From the NCBI GenBank assembly GCA_032718475.1, contig JAUCBJ010007639.1, positions 1 to 58,449 on the forward strand: DNA of 58,449 bases, read 5' to 3'. The notes beneath the pieces are model-generated. The model was not told where the DNA came from and did not search any database. It saw nothing but the letters and a program-made list of their open reading frames with translations. Below are positions 25,008 through 37,252 of this stretch, piece after piece. The translations under genes and the position numbers were made by a program. The DNA comes from Nemertoderma westbladi (taxonomy: Eukaryota; Animalia; Xenacoelomorpha). Within the stretch, counting starts at the first letter, position 1. The number at the start of each line of letters is the position of its first letter.

Positions 25008-25949
25008 CAACTCAATCATATTTTACACCCAATGCAGACCCTCTTTTCCAAATAATACCTACTATATTTTGTTATTCTACATTTGTGAATGTTTTATTTT
25101 CACTATTTAATAATTAATTGATTGATAATTATATTATTTATTAATTGTCAAGCAAGTTAAGTAAAAAACCTTACCGGTAGGTATGCAAGGACCAAAGTAT
25201 GTAAAAAAAAACTAAAAGCAACTGGAACTAGACGGTTGCATGCAATCAGTATTCAGCTGACTGCAGTCAGCTGACCGGTGGGCTAGTTTCTATTGAATGG
25301 AATTTCAACAATAATTTCATATTTTAACTTTAAGCATTTCTTATGGAAATTATATCTTTTACCTTTGTCACTTCCAAACATCAATTGGGTATATACGAGT
25401 TTTAATAAAGTATTTTATTTCATCGAAATCTTTGTCCCTCATATTTATTTTAGAGTAGTCTTTCAGAATGAGAAATGCGAACGTTCCACTTTCACATTAA
25501 GAGTGCAGGCCACTATTTAACCTATGGATATCCTTGAAGGGATTCATTTCAACCAGGGTATAATGTCTCCCTAAATGTGTGCATGTCACTATGTATGACA
25601 ATGTAAATGTCACTGGGGATTCATTCTAAACGGGGATTCATTTACACCTCTTACACTGGTAGGTTTCGCCTCACGAAGTAAGCCTTCTCAAACGGGTAAG
25701 GAGACGAAGAGATGTGTCACCAGAAACTATCAATTATGAAGCAGCACCACAAACTTCCGCCAATCACGTTTCTGATTGTTGATAATTGGCCTGCGCGAGC
25801 GAATATAATACATTTCAACCTTTTGGGGAATAAGCAACAATCGAACAATGGGTGCCGTGCTATTACTTTGAAATGTTTGAATAGCTAGCGCCAGTCATTC
25901 AGCCAATATGCATTGGACTCGCCAGGATGTGGTCATGATGTGGTTGTGC

Positions 25950-26250
25950 ACACCTCACAGTCTTACCTTACGTTCACTTAGCAGTCCATCCTGATGCTGT
26001 CTAACGCGTTCAAAAGGTGTTGGATTTATTGTATCCAACATATTCCACCTCACAAGAGGGACAAAGAATGAATAAACGACGGTTGAACCAAGAATATATT
26101 TCAGAGATAGGAGCGACTGGCGGTGTGCACGACGTAAGTATGAGACCAAGCAACCTTCGCACAAACAGATCGGTTCCCCGACCTCGGTACTCAAACTTAC
26201 AGAGAATGGGCCTGGGATCGTCAACAGTTGCAGGATACACCGGGTCAATG
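25950..26250 (-). mobile_element. Degenerate GIY-YIG endonuclease fragment of a Penelope-like element
   Basis: Across frameshifts it reads STVVYSF / LCPSCEVEYVGY / FERVRQH, i.e. VVY.F.C..C...YVG.T.......R..EH. Confidence 0.6.
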
Positions 26251-27158
26251 ACCTTTGGGGAACAACCGCTTATACCCTGTCCTAAAGACTACTGCTTGCA
26301 CGCCCCCTAGCGGCTTGAACAGCAGTGAGCTCGAGTATTTAGCATCATAGTTTAGTTATTATATTTAGTAATACATAATTTTATACCTGAAATAAGATGT
26401 AAGTAAAGTTTTCTTTTGGACAAGGGATTACGCAGACGCAGACTTATTTCTATCACCCCCCCCCCCCCCCCCTTGTTGAACTCATGCATATATCATGTGA
26501 CTAAGTGGGCAACGCGACGCAGTATGGTTGTTTTTGCTAATTATGATACTCAACCTTAAGCAGTAATATAAATTAAACCGAAATGAAAATTCTAAAAAGT
26601 AATTGATAGCCCCAAAATCAATCAAACCACAATTTTATCACAAAATTTAATCAATCAATCAATTTTATATTATCGATGTGGCAGGGTGCAGTGGGCTATG
26701 AGCATGCGGGGTTGGATGGGGAAAGGGATTAGTAAGCAGAAAAACTACATAAAATATCACCAATCTATAAAGTACAGACCGCAAAATGATGTATGCAATT
26801 GTATGTATGAACTGACTTTGGATGGAAAGACTTAGCTTGTTTTCTTAACTCAGTATTTTCTACATGTTTCAAGGCTTGCCAGCTAATTTTCATATATATC
26901 TTATTAATTCAATTTAAATAAGGATATTTTATCTTCTTATAATTTTGGCATAATTCATTATTAATTGGTATAAATGGTATAACGTCAATTCTATTTTTAA
27001 TTCAAGGGTGTTTAAAATATTCCAAAGACGATTTTAACTTTTACAAAATACTTTAATATTATTATAATGATAATTAAAATAATATACAAATACAGAATGT
27101 CAATAACAAATCCTTTCAAGAAATGTGAATTATAAATTTGATATACTTTGAATAACAC

Positions 27159-27677
27159 GTTCGTGGGGACTTCGCGCAGCACGTAGTCGGCAAGCCTTGG
27201 CATACGGTTCATAGAGAGCAAATGGGGCATGTCTAGTTTGGACCCATATCCCATGCTATAAATGTATTCATTCGATATACAATCATATGTTAATCCGCTA
27301 GGTGGTGTCAAATTGTTATTCTGCAATTTCGTACTTACCAGTGCAGAACTGTACAGCAGTACCGTACCGGTAGGCCTATGTCATTACTTCTGAGTCTCTA
27401 GCGGATCCCCAATGAAATGTCTTAACTTTTCAATTTCGTAAAAGATAGACTTCATGATTCTCTACAGGCCACCAAAATTTCAGCTCAGGAAAATGAGGCC
27501 TTCCCGAGAAATTTAACATTTTCTAAAAACCACATAATCTGTCGTAGCTCACGTCAGACTGCATGATTTTTCACCAAACTTTACAAACTTTCTAAACTTT
27601 CTCTCTACTACTTACCTACTAAGTTTGGTTCAATTCCGAACCAGCGATGCCGAGAAATTCGCGTTCAAACATTTACC

Positions 27678-27709
<32 letters not shown>

Positions 27710-27779
27710 GGACATGCCCCATTTGCCCTATATGAACCGTATGCTAAGGCTCGCCGACTACGTGTCTCGCCCCACAAAC
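27159..27779. mobile_element. MITE/DINE-like element with ~60-75-bp inverted repeats and an internal (CAGA)n tract
   Basis: cacgtagtcggcaagccttggcatacggttcatagagagcaaatggggcatgtc at the left vs gacatgccccatttgccctatatgaaccgtatgctaaggctcgccgactacgtg at the right. Confidence 0.8.
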
Positions 27780-27865
27780 TGGAGCAGCTAACACGAATAA
27801 CAACCACTTTCTATGAAAGGGGTACATATAAGTATGTATAATAAAGATCCATAACCACAGTTGAT

Positions 27866-30800
27866 TTAAACCATTGAAAAGTTTGGATATCCTATCGACG
27901 TCCTCCTTTCCGGACGCACACCCCTCAAACCAACAGCTAGCTTGTGTAGATCTAAACAACACAATGCCCAACTATAGAGAAATGTAGCCTCTTTGGGTAA
28001 GTCAACTAACTTCGACACATCAATGTCCTCCAAAATATCCACGACTGCGCCAGCATCAATGAATGTGTCAGTAGTGGGATCCAAGTTAACAATGGAGTCT
28101 GATATACCAGAATCAAGTTCCTTCAGACACATGTCCTTATCGATCTCCCATGCTTTTTTTCCTTTGATTATCATAATGACGGCCGTTAGAACCATAAAAA
28201 CTTCCTGTGGTTCTGTGTCATATTTTGACAATGAAGAATAATCCAGGGATGTTATCATTGTTGTCCAGATAAGACACAAAAACTCTCTATGGAAAAGTAA
28301 TTCGGTTTCATGGGCTAGAAACTCTTTCTCAATAGCCAGCTGTGTGGCATAACTTTCGCCTTGGTATTGATTAGAGACTTCATTATAACAAGTATCTAAG
28401 ACTTTCAGCAAGCGTTGCAGTTGCTCATTTTCCCATAAGGAGAGCCTATTACTATGAGTAGTTAAATCCAACACAATGAATCCCTTGCCATCATCATTAC
28501 GCAATGGAAATACAAGATGACATCCATGGTCGAAAGCTTCTACAACACAACGGCTGCTATCAATACAGTTGAACAAATATTGTTTGAAAATATTATCATT
28601 ACGATATAGAGAGCGAGAACTCTGTAATGTGTCAGCTGCCTCACTTAAATTTACCTTGCCCAATGAGTAGTCATCACTCTCTTGTTGTACAACATATACA
28701 TCAATGTTAAGCACACTAGGACAGAGTCTCCGTAACCACATTAGAAAAGGACCAATGCAGTTCAGCATCTTCTTACGCAGATCAACAATGAAGAAAGCCT
28801 CAGAGAATGACTTTGCAACACCAAGGTAAAATTCAATGTCATGGCTAATAAACACAGTATTATCCCCACTATTACGAATGTTATCAACAGACAAAGTGCC
28901 AAAAACTCTTTTCTTGAAATCCTTCAATGGTACAATGACAACCGATCCATCTTTTTTACCCACCTCGGAATCACCCCACATATATACTGATCCATGTCCA
29001 GATATAGTTGGGACATGAATAGGGCGCCCAGATTCAACTACAGCAAAACTTATGTTCTTCATATCTCTATATAAACATTGCCCTACCATGAAAGAAGCAT
29101 CTTCTGGTGTTGCTGCTATGCATCTCAAATATGAGCCACCACGATAAGTATCTTTTTCCATGTTATTCTCTAGCAAGTTTATATTACAAGACAATCGTTT
29201 TCCTTTTCCATGAGCCTCAGCATCTTTGAACAATGCCTCAAATACATTCTTAAACACAGGTTCCATAGATTCTCTAGAGATCTCCCCCGCATTTAAAATT
29301 TCTTTGATCCACTTTTTTCTGGCCATCCCCCTAATTCGTTCAGCATATGTTAAAGAATTGCTCATTAACATATGGTCAGCAAGCTGAATCAAATGATTGT
29401 CACCCAACATTTCACTGACAACAGCATCTATGTAAGCCCTAAACTCTGATCTCAATAATCGTCCATCTTGAACATGTTTTATTGTTTCATCTGCATTTTC
29501 TATAGAATCAATATGCATTCCTTCCCCATATCCTTGCAAAATTTCTTTCAAATTATTAATACCCACAGTACCTGAACCATCATTGTCTAACATATTAAAG
29601 ACATTATCTAATGTATTATGATAATTGCATTCTTGCTTGGTTTTCATATTTTCTTCCATTACTGACACTAGAAAATCATCTTGTTCTTTGTACTTTATTT
29701 TTAAGTGATGAAGTAAGCGATCTGAAAGGGAATCATCACAACTGTTACCTAGGAAAACTCGGATAAGCTCTATAAATTGCGAAGGATGAAGTTTGGTTGG
29801 TGAAAAAGGCATGCGCGATTTCTGTTCAAATATATCTAATATAGCCATATCAGAAGTGCGCCTAGTATCATTTGTACCTGGATCAGTCACTCCTAAGTCA
29901 GCCATCGCTTCAAATAGTATGTCATCAGATACCTCTCCTTGTCCTATACTTGGGGCATTACTAGGTGCATGTTGTGGGGTATCACCTGGGACCGTATCTG
30001 TTGCAGTAACAGGTGGATTATCTGCAACATTTTCTGTTTCAATAGAAGATACATTATAGAGAATAGTTTCATTTTCTACATCAACTATTACATTATCTTG
30101 TATTCCATTTGATTTTATATCTTTAACATCATCAGGTGTAGGACCCCCATTACTTTTCTGATCAAAATTTGAGGGTTTCTCATCCCCCGTTTTCTCAGTT
30201 TCTTCCACAGCAACATCATTATCTTGTTCATCTTCTCCCTTCACCACAGTTTCTTCATTGATATTCTGATCTTCGCTAATGACATGATTAACAGGTTCAC
30301 CTTCTTCCTTTACCACAGATTCTTCACTAATATTTTTAGTCTCATTGGGAAGCAATTCTTCTAGTTCAGATGGCTCCACACTTCCAGTTCCATCACCAAC
30401 ATCAACATCTAATACAATTTCTTCATTGACTGAACTTACTCCTTCATCATCAATATCAAAATGACTACTATCAATCTCATGAAACTCAAGAACTGGCCAT
30501 TTTCGTGGGTTTTGTAAAAGCAGACGTTTGTGTTTTGAAGATGAATCCCAGAAATCATTAAGCAGATTCAGAACCTGCTGTCTTTCTAGTACTTTTAAAT
30601 TCGACGCATCACAATTTCTAAATAATTCTTGAAGCAAAGCAATAAATTGTTCACGTAAACCTAGTTCCTTATAATCAATACTCCTTGAGCAGAGTTCGTG
30701 GCAAAATGTTTCAAAAATGTCACGAGGAAACCTTTCCGTAAGTCTCAGTATATGGTTAACAAACAAATCTTCACTGAGCCCTCCTGTATTATAATCACTC

Positions 30801-31642
30801 GTAGTTGTTCCTGCATAATGTGCCAGTTCTCTAAGTTCAACAGGAAGACGTTCAGCTGTCTCTGAAAAAGACAATAACATTGACTCCATAGCATGTTCAG
30901 GGATAATATCTCCAGTTACTCCAGACCATTCAATAAAGGCCTTATGGATATTTTCCTTTTTATTTTCCATATATTGATCTTTTAGATGATTCTGTAAACG
31001 TCGTTCTTCACGCCTTAATGAAAGTTCTGTTTTTAATCGAACTAATTTATGACTATTCGAAGTCACAACATGTTTTTTAATAACAGCTGTTACTTCCTGA
31101 AGACCACGGGAATAAGGAGACATCAAAGAAAAGTTGCTGAAATTCGGGTTATTTCGCATCAAGTAACGAGCTAACTCATTAACTGGGTTAAGATTAGCTG
31201 ATCGTATATTGTCAACTTCAAGGGAAGTCTTACTAACATCTTGGAGGAGTTTTTCAACACCCATTACAAGAGTGGGCATTAACTTATCCACCATGTACAA
31301 ACGCATATCCACTGTGATTGGATCCGTGTTCAACCAATCATGCACAAGTAAATCAATTGGTATTTGACGAACCAATTGGAGAGCTTCCTCTGAGAGCTTT
31401 CCTCTGGCGATTCTCTGATTAGTTGCTATAGCTTTTATGCACTGGTCAACATTTTGATTGTGTTTACGATGGAACTGGCGGAGGCTGTGTCGCATCACAG
31501 GGTTGTAGTAAATTGGCATTGTGTGGGAACGCGGTTTTTCGAGAGATTCCTCATGACTTTTCAGTTCGGATAGGACCACAGTGTATGACCTCCCTAAGGT
31601 TGATAGACTGGGTACCACCGCGACTACTTGGCCATCTCCCAT
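27866..31642 (-). CDS. EFCAB5: EF-hand calcium-binding domain protein 5-like, intron-free CDS, 1258 aa
   Basis: N-terminal block WL.....T.D.R.Y.VDKL.PTLV.GVEKLL..NP.N.LA.YLMRNNP is characteristic of EFCAB5. Acidic linker, EF-hand-like loop DNDGSGTVG, and GAF-like region ISF.VV..G.PIHVP...G...V.PL....R.FG.L..D. Confidence 0.85.
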   Translation of the reverse strand: MGDGQVVAVVPSLSTLGRSYTVVLSELKSHEESLEKPRSHTMPIYYNPVMRHSLRQFHRKHNQNVDQCIKAIATNQRIARGKLSEEALQLVRQIPIDLLVHDWLNTDPITVDMRLYMVDKLMPTLVMGVEKLLQDVSKTSLEVDNIRSANLNPVNELARYLMRNNPNFSNFSLMSPYSRGLQEVTAVIKKHVVTSNSHKLVRLKTELSLRREERRLQNHLKDQYMENKKENIHKAFIEWSGVTGDIIPEHAMESMLLSFSETAERLPVELRELAHYAGTTTSDYNTGGLSEDLFVNHILRLTERFPRDIFETFCHELCSRSIDYKELGLREQFIALLQELFRNCDASNLKVLERQQVLNLLNDFWDSSSKHKRLLLQNPRKWPVLEFHEIDSSHFDIDDEGVSSVNEEIVLDVDVGDGTGSVEPSELEELLPNETKNISEESVVKEEGEPVNHVISEDQNINEETVVKGEDEQDNDVAVEETEKTGDEKPSNFDQKSNGGPTPDDVKDIKSNGIQDNVIVDVENETILYNVSSIETENVADNPPVTATDTVPGDTPQHAPSNAPSIGQGEVSDDILFEAMADLGVTDPGTNDTRRTSDMAILDIFEQKSRMPFSPTKLHPSQFIELIRVFLGNSCDDSLSDRLLHHLKIKYKEQDDFLVSVMEENMKTKQECNYHNTLDNVFNMLDNDGSGTVGINNLKEILQGYGEGMHIDSIENADETIKHVQDGRLLRSEFRAYIDAVVSEMLGDNHLIQLADHMLMSNSLTYAERIRGMARKKWIKEILNAGEISRESMEPVFKNVFEALFKDAEAHGKGKRLSCNINLLENNMEKDTYRGGSYLRCIAATPEDASFMVGQCLYRDMKNISFAVVESGRPIHVPTISGHGSVYMWGDSEVGKKDGSVVIVPLKDFKKRVFGTLSVDNIRNSGDNTVFISHDIEFYLGVAKSFSEAFFIVDLRKKMLNCIGPFLMWLRRLCPSVLNIDVYVVQQESDDYSLGKVNLSEAADTLQSSRSLYRNDNIFKQYLFNCIDSSRCVVEAFDHGCHLVFPLRNDDGKGFIVLDLTTHSNRLSLWENEQLQRLLKVLDTCYNEVSNQYQGESYATQLAIEKEFLAHETELLFHREFLCLIWTTMITSLDYSSLSKYDTEPQEVFMVLTAVIMIIKGKKAWEIDKDMCLKELDSGISDSIVNLDPTTDTFIDAGAVVDILEDIDVSKLVDLPKEATFLYSWALCCLDLHKLAVGLRGVRPERRTSIGYPNFSMV

Positions 31643-32533
31643 TCTGGTAAAATCTAAAAGTTTTAACTTATCCTTATCAAATGTATCAAATGTGTGTGAA
31701 ATAAATAAAGTTAACAGTAAAATTAAAATTAATTTATTATATAATTATTGTAAATAATATTTTGAAAAAGTATCAAAAATATCGTTTAAAACAAATCCAA
31801 TATTTATGGCCCTATGAAGTACTCCAGAATTTCTGCTGTTATAATTCACTTTGCAGTTTACCCCATGTTAAGAATACACTTTTTCACTAAAATTCAGGTT
31901 ACAGAACCGCTAAATCCAACCAAAACAATAAACGAATTTTTATCTGTTCACGTAATAAGATAGAAAAAGTGCTATAACACACTTAATAAGAAATTTAAAA
32001 AAATACTAATTCTTCATTCAAATTTTAAAAGAATTCCGACCGAAAAGTGTAAACCTAGTATTCTTCACATAGGTATGATTATTATATAATAGATAAAATC
32101 CGTGACACATTACCGGAAAAATTTTCAAAATGTAAAAGCATTATTTTAATTTTCGTCAGCACAAAGAAGTATGATGTATGGCCATATTGTTATATAACTT
32201 GCAACAACTTAATTTTTATTTAGTATAGATTAAGCTAATAATTCTTTCCAATCGACTGTGATACACAAAGCTATATATACAAATGAATTCCAAAAGATCG
32301 AAAAGAGACCTAAATATCGTCAATAATATAATATCCGTACCAGTTTAGCTATCAAGTTCTTACCACGCACACCTTTAGATAACAAGTTTGATCTAATTTT
32401 GTAAGAAACGTAGTCAATATATTGATTGTTTAATAATCGGATCAAAGAGTTAAGTAAAGGCACCTACCTAATTTGCAGAAAAAATGATAAAGCCGACACT
32501 ACGCCTTCCACTTGGCGAAATATGTTTATTACA

Positions 32534-32585
32534 GTTTCCTAGCAACTTGTAAACAGTGACACCACAAATCGAATTGGCGCGGGAA
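32534..32585. promoter_or_regulatory. Candidate EFCAB5 promoter: RFX X-box (GTTTCCTAGCAAC) and E2F-like site (TTGGCGCGGGAA)
   Basis: Both motifs lie just upstream (minus strand) of a strong donor AG|GTAGGT at 32467. This donor could pair with the acceptor TTTTAG at 31654, 11 nt before the ATG. Confidence 0.5.
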
Positions 32586-33794
32586 TGGAAATTTAAATTG
32601 TATACAGAGGCCTTACAGTAGGTACTGTACTTAAACTGAAGTTGTTATACCTTTGAGTCTTATACTGTAGGTAGGCCCTAGAGTATAAATGCAGAACCTG
32701 TTTTAGATTAACTTTTATTTTAGGGTAAGTATTTTTATAATTACGGATATTACTGTATATATTTCGTTGTCGGGGTTGTTGGTGAACCCTTTGAACTGAT
32801 ACGGGGGTGAGTAAATAATTGCAAAAAAATACTGTTTTTGTAGTTGTCGTTGTGATTGTTAGATTATGACAAGCTAATAACTTTGTGTTATTTAATGCTG
32901 TCAAGTTCAAAATTCGTAGACATCAATCGGACCAATTAATGTTGAAAAGTTAAAGAAAATTTCTGATACAAACAATGATACAGTTTCAAGGTAGAGAGCT
33001 AAATGACTAAACATTAACATCCCCCACTTATATTATTTAATACTTTAAAACTTAAACATAGAAGATATGTACAAGACTAATAATAGCTGTATTTTTGTTT
33101 GGGCGCTGATCCGTCTTCCACAGTAAGCCACTAGATGGCGAAATTTCTGAATATGAAAACCTTCTAACTCTTTTTAATCCCAGAAAACTGAAACAAAGCA
33201 GGTATGTTTTTGACAACTGGATGCGTCTTTTTGTTGTGATGTAGGTCCATTCTGTATCACCAGACAGCCCCTTGGGGTAAGGTTTAGGGTATAAGATATA
33301 AGGGTGAAAGTCTTAAAGTGAAAACCTCCCATTTCGACGTTTTCATTTTTATTTCGCTCAATCTGAAATTTGCTGTTCCCGATTGTGACGTTGGTCGAAC
33401 AGGGTCTCGTAGATATGGACTATGGTCGGCCTTCTACTCTATTGCCGTTGTCCAACCAGTTCTCGACATGGGGCCTGGTGTAGGGAAGAGTCCCGGTTGA
33501 GTTTTTAATATACAGAAATATTGGTAGTCGAGTTAGCGAATAAATAATACAATATGTAAGAGTTTACAGTTATATAACGTCCAATCAATAATATAAATAA
33601 TCACAGAATAAGAATATCATAACTTTGTCATCACATAGGTACCTTCTATCGGTGTCTGAAAAATCGAAATGTCTGAAAGTGATCTGGTAAGGCTGATTGA
33701 TATCTTTGAGTCCATTTCTATACATTCCATGTCTGTTTGCTATGATTATTATTATTTCTGATCATATATTTATATATTATTATGGTATTGGTGC

Positions 33795-35075
33795 TAAATA
33801 TCGAGACTTGAAAAATATCGCGAGTAAAAATATCGGGAGTAAAAAATTGAGAGTAAAAATATAGAGAGTAAAAATATCGGGAGTAAAAATATCGAGAGTA
33901 AAAATATCGAGAGTAAAAATATTGCGAGTAAAAATGTTGTGCGCATTTTATTTAGAATTATGGCACAATATGGGTGCAGTGCATGGGGTAAAACAGTGCA
34001 AGTGCAAATAAATGTCATTAATGCACTTTTTGGGTACCTATTGACCAGAGTTTTTATAATAGCTAGTTTTTGCTATTTTTTATAAATATTAAAGATGTGC
34101 TTGATATCAATTTTAATAAATTTTTTTTTTCTATAACACATTTTTTGGGTCTAGATCACATTTTAAATTTTTATACTAGCTAGTTTTTTATACTTTTTTA
34201 TAAATGCTATAGAACATGTGTAAGCTACTAATTTTGATAAACATTTTTTTCTAGAACACATCTTTTTGTTCTAGAACACATCTTTTTTGTTCTAGAACAT
34301 TTTATAGGAAAAACATTATCATAGAACCCTTATTGTTACTCTCGATATTTGAAATTTTTATTCTCGATATTTTTCCTCTCTATATTTTTACTCTCGATAT
34401 TTTTACTCTCGATATTTTTACTCTCGATATTTTTACTCTCGATATTTTTACTCTCGATATTTTTACTCTCAATATTTTTACTCTCGATATTTTTACTCTC
34501 GATATTTTTACTCTCGATATTTTTACTCTCGATATTTTTACTCTCGCTATTTTTACTCTCTATATTTTTACTCTCGACATTTTTACTCTCGATATTTTTC
34601 AACACTCGATATTTTTACTATCGATATTTTTACTCTCGATATTTTTACTCTCGATATTTTTACTCTCGATATTTTTACTCTCGATATTTTTACTCTCGAT
34701 ATTTTTACTCTCGATATTTTTACTCTCGCTATTTTTACTCTCTATATTTTTACTCTCGACATTTTTACTCTCGATATTTTTCAACACTCGATATTTTTAC
34801 TCTCGATATTTTTACTCTCGATTTTTTTCAACACTCGATATTTTTACTCTCGATATTTTTACTCTCGACATTTTTCAAAACTCGATATTTTTACTATCGA
34901 TATTTTTACTCTCGCTATTTTTACTCTCTATATTTTTACTCTCGACATTTTTACTCTCGATATTTTTCAACACTCGATATTTTTACTCTCGGTATATTTA
35001 CTCTCGATATTATTTGAACTCGCGATATTATCTGTATTTTTCAACATTCGATGTTTTTACTCGCGATATTTTTTA
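33795..35075. mobile_element. Foldback-like structure: inverted arrays of a 15-bp unit flanking a ~400-bp spacer
   Basis: About 9 copies of aatatcgagagtaaa at 33795-33935. About 45 or more copies of the reverse-complement unit tttttactctcgata at 34337-35075. Confidence 0.75.
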
Positions 35076-35124
35076 ATATAACCATTATTAATATTAGGTT
35101 ACTCTCTTATATTACTTTTGCATT

Positions 35125-35450
35125 GTTTCATATACAGTAGTGTAGCTGTACAACTATTTGTATGTTTCATATACAGTACTGTGTAGCTGTATAACTATTT
35201 GTATGTTTCATATACAGTACTGTGTAGCTGTACAACTATTTGTATGTTTCATATACAGTACTGTGTAGCTGTACAACTATTTGTATGTTTCATATACAGT
35301 ACTGTGTAGCTGTATAACTATTTGTATGTTTCATATACAGTACTGTGTAGCTGTACAACTATTTGTATGTTTCATATACAGTACTGTGTAGCTGTACAAC
35401 TATTTGTATGTTTCATACAGTACTGTGTAGCTGTGTAACTATTTGTATGT
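35125..35450. repeat. 41-bp minisatellite, ~8 copies
   Basis: Unit gtatgtttcatatacagtactgtgtagctgtacaactattt. Confidence 0.95.
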
Positions 35451-35729
35451 TTTTTTTTCCTTTGCTGTTCATTCCACCAATGTTTCATTTTACTTGTCAT
35501 TGTGGTTTGAAAATAAGTATTAATTTCTGGAGTGAGTCCCACAATGTGACAATGAGCTTATCTACTAGAATGATCACCGTTTCACCCATTTATGATTTAA
35601 GAGATAGAATTGCCAGAATGACTCGATTAGCAGTGCAATAAAGCATTTTGAATTATACATTTTATTGATGTAGTTAATAATTTTATAATCAACTCATACC
35701 TAAATAGTATCAGATAAACCACTAAGAAG

Positions 35730-35985
35730 CATCGCCGACCAACTCTGTGCAAATCAACACCTCGACAGTTCTTGATCAGCACACCTTTCAGGAATGGCAA
35801 TGTCTGGCCACCATTGCCTCTCACCTGCTTGCAGCTCATTGTTATGATGACAAAGACCCGCAAGTCGAATCCTCCGTGCCTGCCGTGTGCTGCCGGGTTT
35901 TGGCAACAACTCACAGTTACTACCGAGATTGTACATGGCGGCGTTAGAATTGTATTTTATGCCATGATCCTCCAGCAGCATATAT
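35730..35985 (-). mobile_element. RTE-like LINE 3' fragment
   Basis: SNAAMY...LPK.GS.RQARRIRLAGLC resembles the RTE motif N..LY..LP......RRL..AGHC. Confidence 0.5.
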
Positions 35986-36199
35986 AATAATAATATGCAC
36001 TAAGAAGGTGTTTGATTAGCTTACATTGCTTTGCCAATTCTTATCATTATCTACATCATACCTTAGCAGCACAGTATAATTATATATTATTCTTTAAACT
36101 ATAAAGGTAGTAAGTAAACACTAACAATTCAATATAAATTGAATTACTAAAAGATTAATTTGCTTAGGATAGAAAATGCGTTGGAATGTTGTCACAACA

Positions 36200-36850
36200 T
36201 ATTATAATACAACAGAATTGGTAGAAGAAAAATTTGTTGGGCGAGAAACAAATTGAATAAGGGGTAGCAAAGGTGCCCTGAATCGAGTGGCGGGGTGGGT
36301 TTTTTGATAAAATATGACGAAACGTTATTAATGACAGCGTGTGAGTGAAATAATAAGTGAGTGAAGCCAATTTTGAAAATCGGATATGATGATTGGCTAT
36401 TATCGATTTAACGTCACTATTCGTAAACGTCACTGTCCTATTTTATTTTAGCCATGTATGCTATGGATAGTGATTTTCGATCCATTCTCGACACATTAAA
36501 TCTCAATTAATTAATTGTAGTTTCCAAAGACGAACAAGATACTCTGCTTTCTATTAAGATAAACCATGTGTGAAATGTTTGAGATTCAATTTTGATGGAT
36601 CGAAAATCACTCACTATTCAAAGCACTTAAAATAAATTCAGCACCGACTGGTGACTTCAAATCAATACCAGCCAATCATACCCAATTTTTTAAAGATGGG
36701 TATGTAGGGTAGGCTTTACTAACCCACCATTTCCACAGTTTAACACAGCCACTGGATTCAGGGCTCAGGGCACCTTGTTACCTCGGATTCAAATGTTTCT
36801 AGCCCAACCATTTTGTTGTTCACCAACCCTATTTATTGTATAAGTAATGA
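36200..36850. mobile_element. Long-arm hairpin (MITE/foldback) element
   Basis: Nested inverted matches: gtgattttcgatcca/tggatcgaaaatcac, tgattggct/agccaatca, aaggtgccctga/tcagggcacctt, ttgggcgagaaaca/tgtttctagcccaa. Confidence 0.75.
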
Positions 36851-36857
36851 ATAAATT

Positions 36858-37108
36858 ACTCAGATAGGGGGGGAAACTGGACGCAATAAAAAATCATCCC
36901 TCTCCAGGGGAAATTGGACACAAATAACAGCTGAATAATACTGAATAAAACTGTAACCTGTTCTGTTGTGTTTAGTTTATTGTTTTGGTTAAAATAACGT
37001 GCCTCTGTAACCTGCTCGCTGCTCCTTTCCCTAAATTGAGAATTTAACATTGAGGCGGAATATTAATTCGCCAAGATGGGATTTGCGTCCAGTCCCCCCT
37101 GTCTCAAA
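36858..37108. mobile_element. Small MITE directly upstream of SLC17
   Basis: agatagggggggaaactggacgcaa at the left vs ttgcgtccagtcccccctgtct at the right. Confidence 0.6.
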
Positions 37109-37252
37109 TTACTGTATATAATATTCTTTTTTTAATAAAGAGAGAATGTTAATCTTCTACCATATTGTGTAAATTGTACTATTTTATAGGTAAATATTAA
37201 ACAGTTTATAGGAGAAGGTTTGCATGTTTCTGAGGTTGTGTTAATATAAAGA

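Noticed and set aside
34333-35076. Overlapping long ORFs (IFTLD)n, (IFLLS)n, (KNIES)n
   Set aside because: Stop-free by-products of a 15-bp satellite, with no splice or unique coding context.
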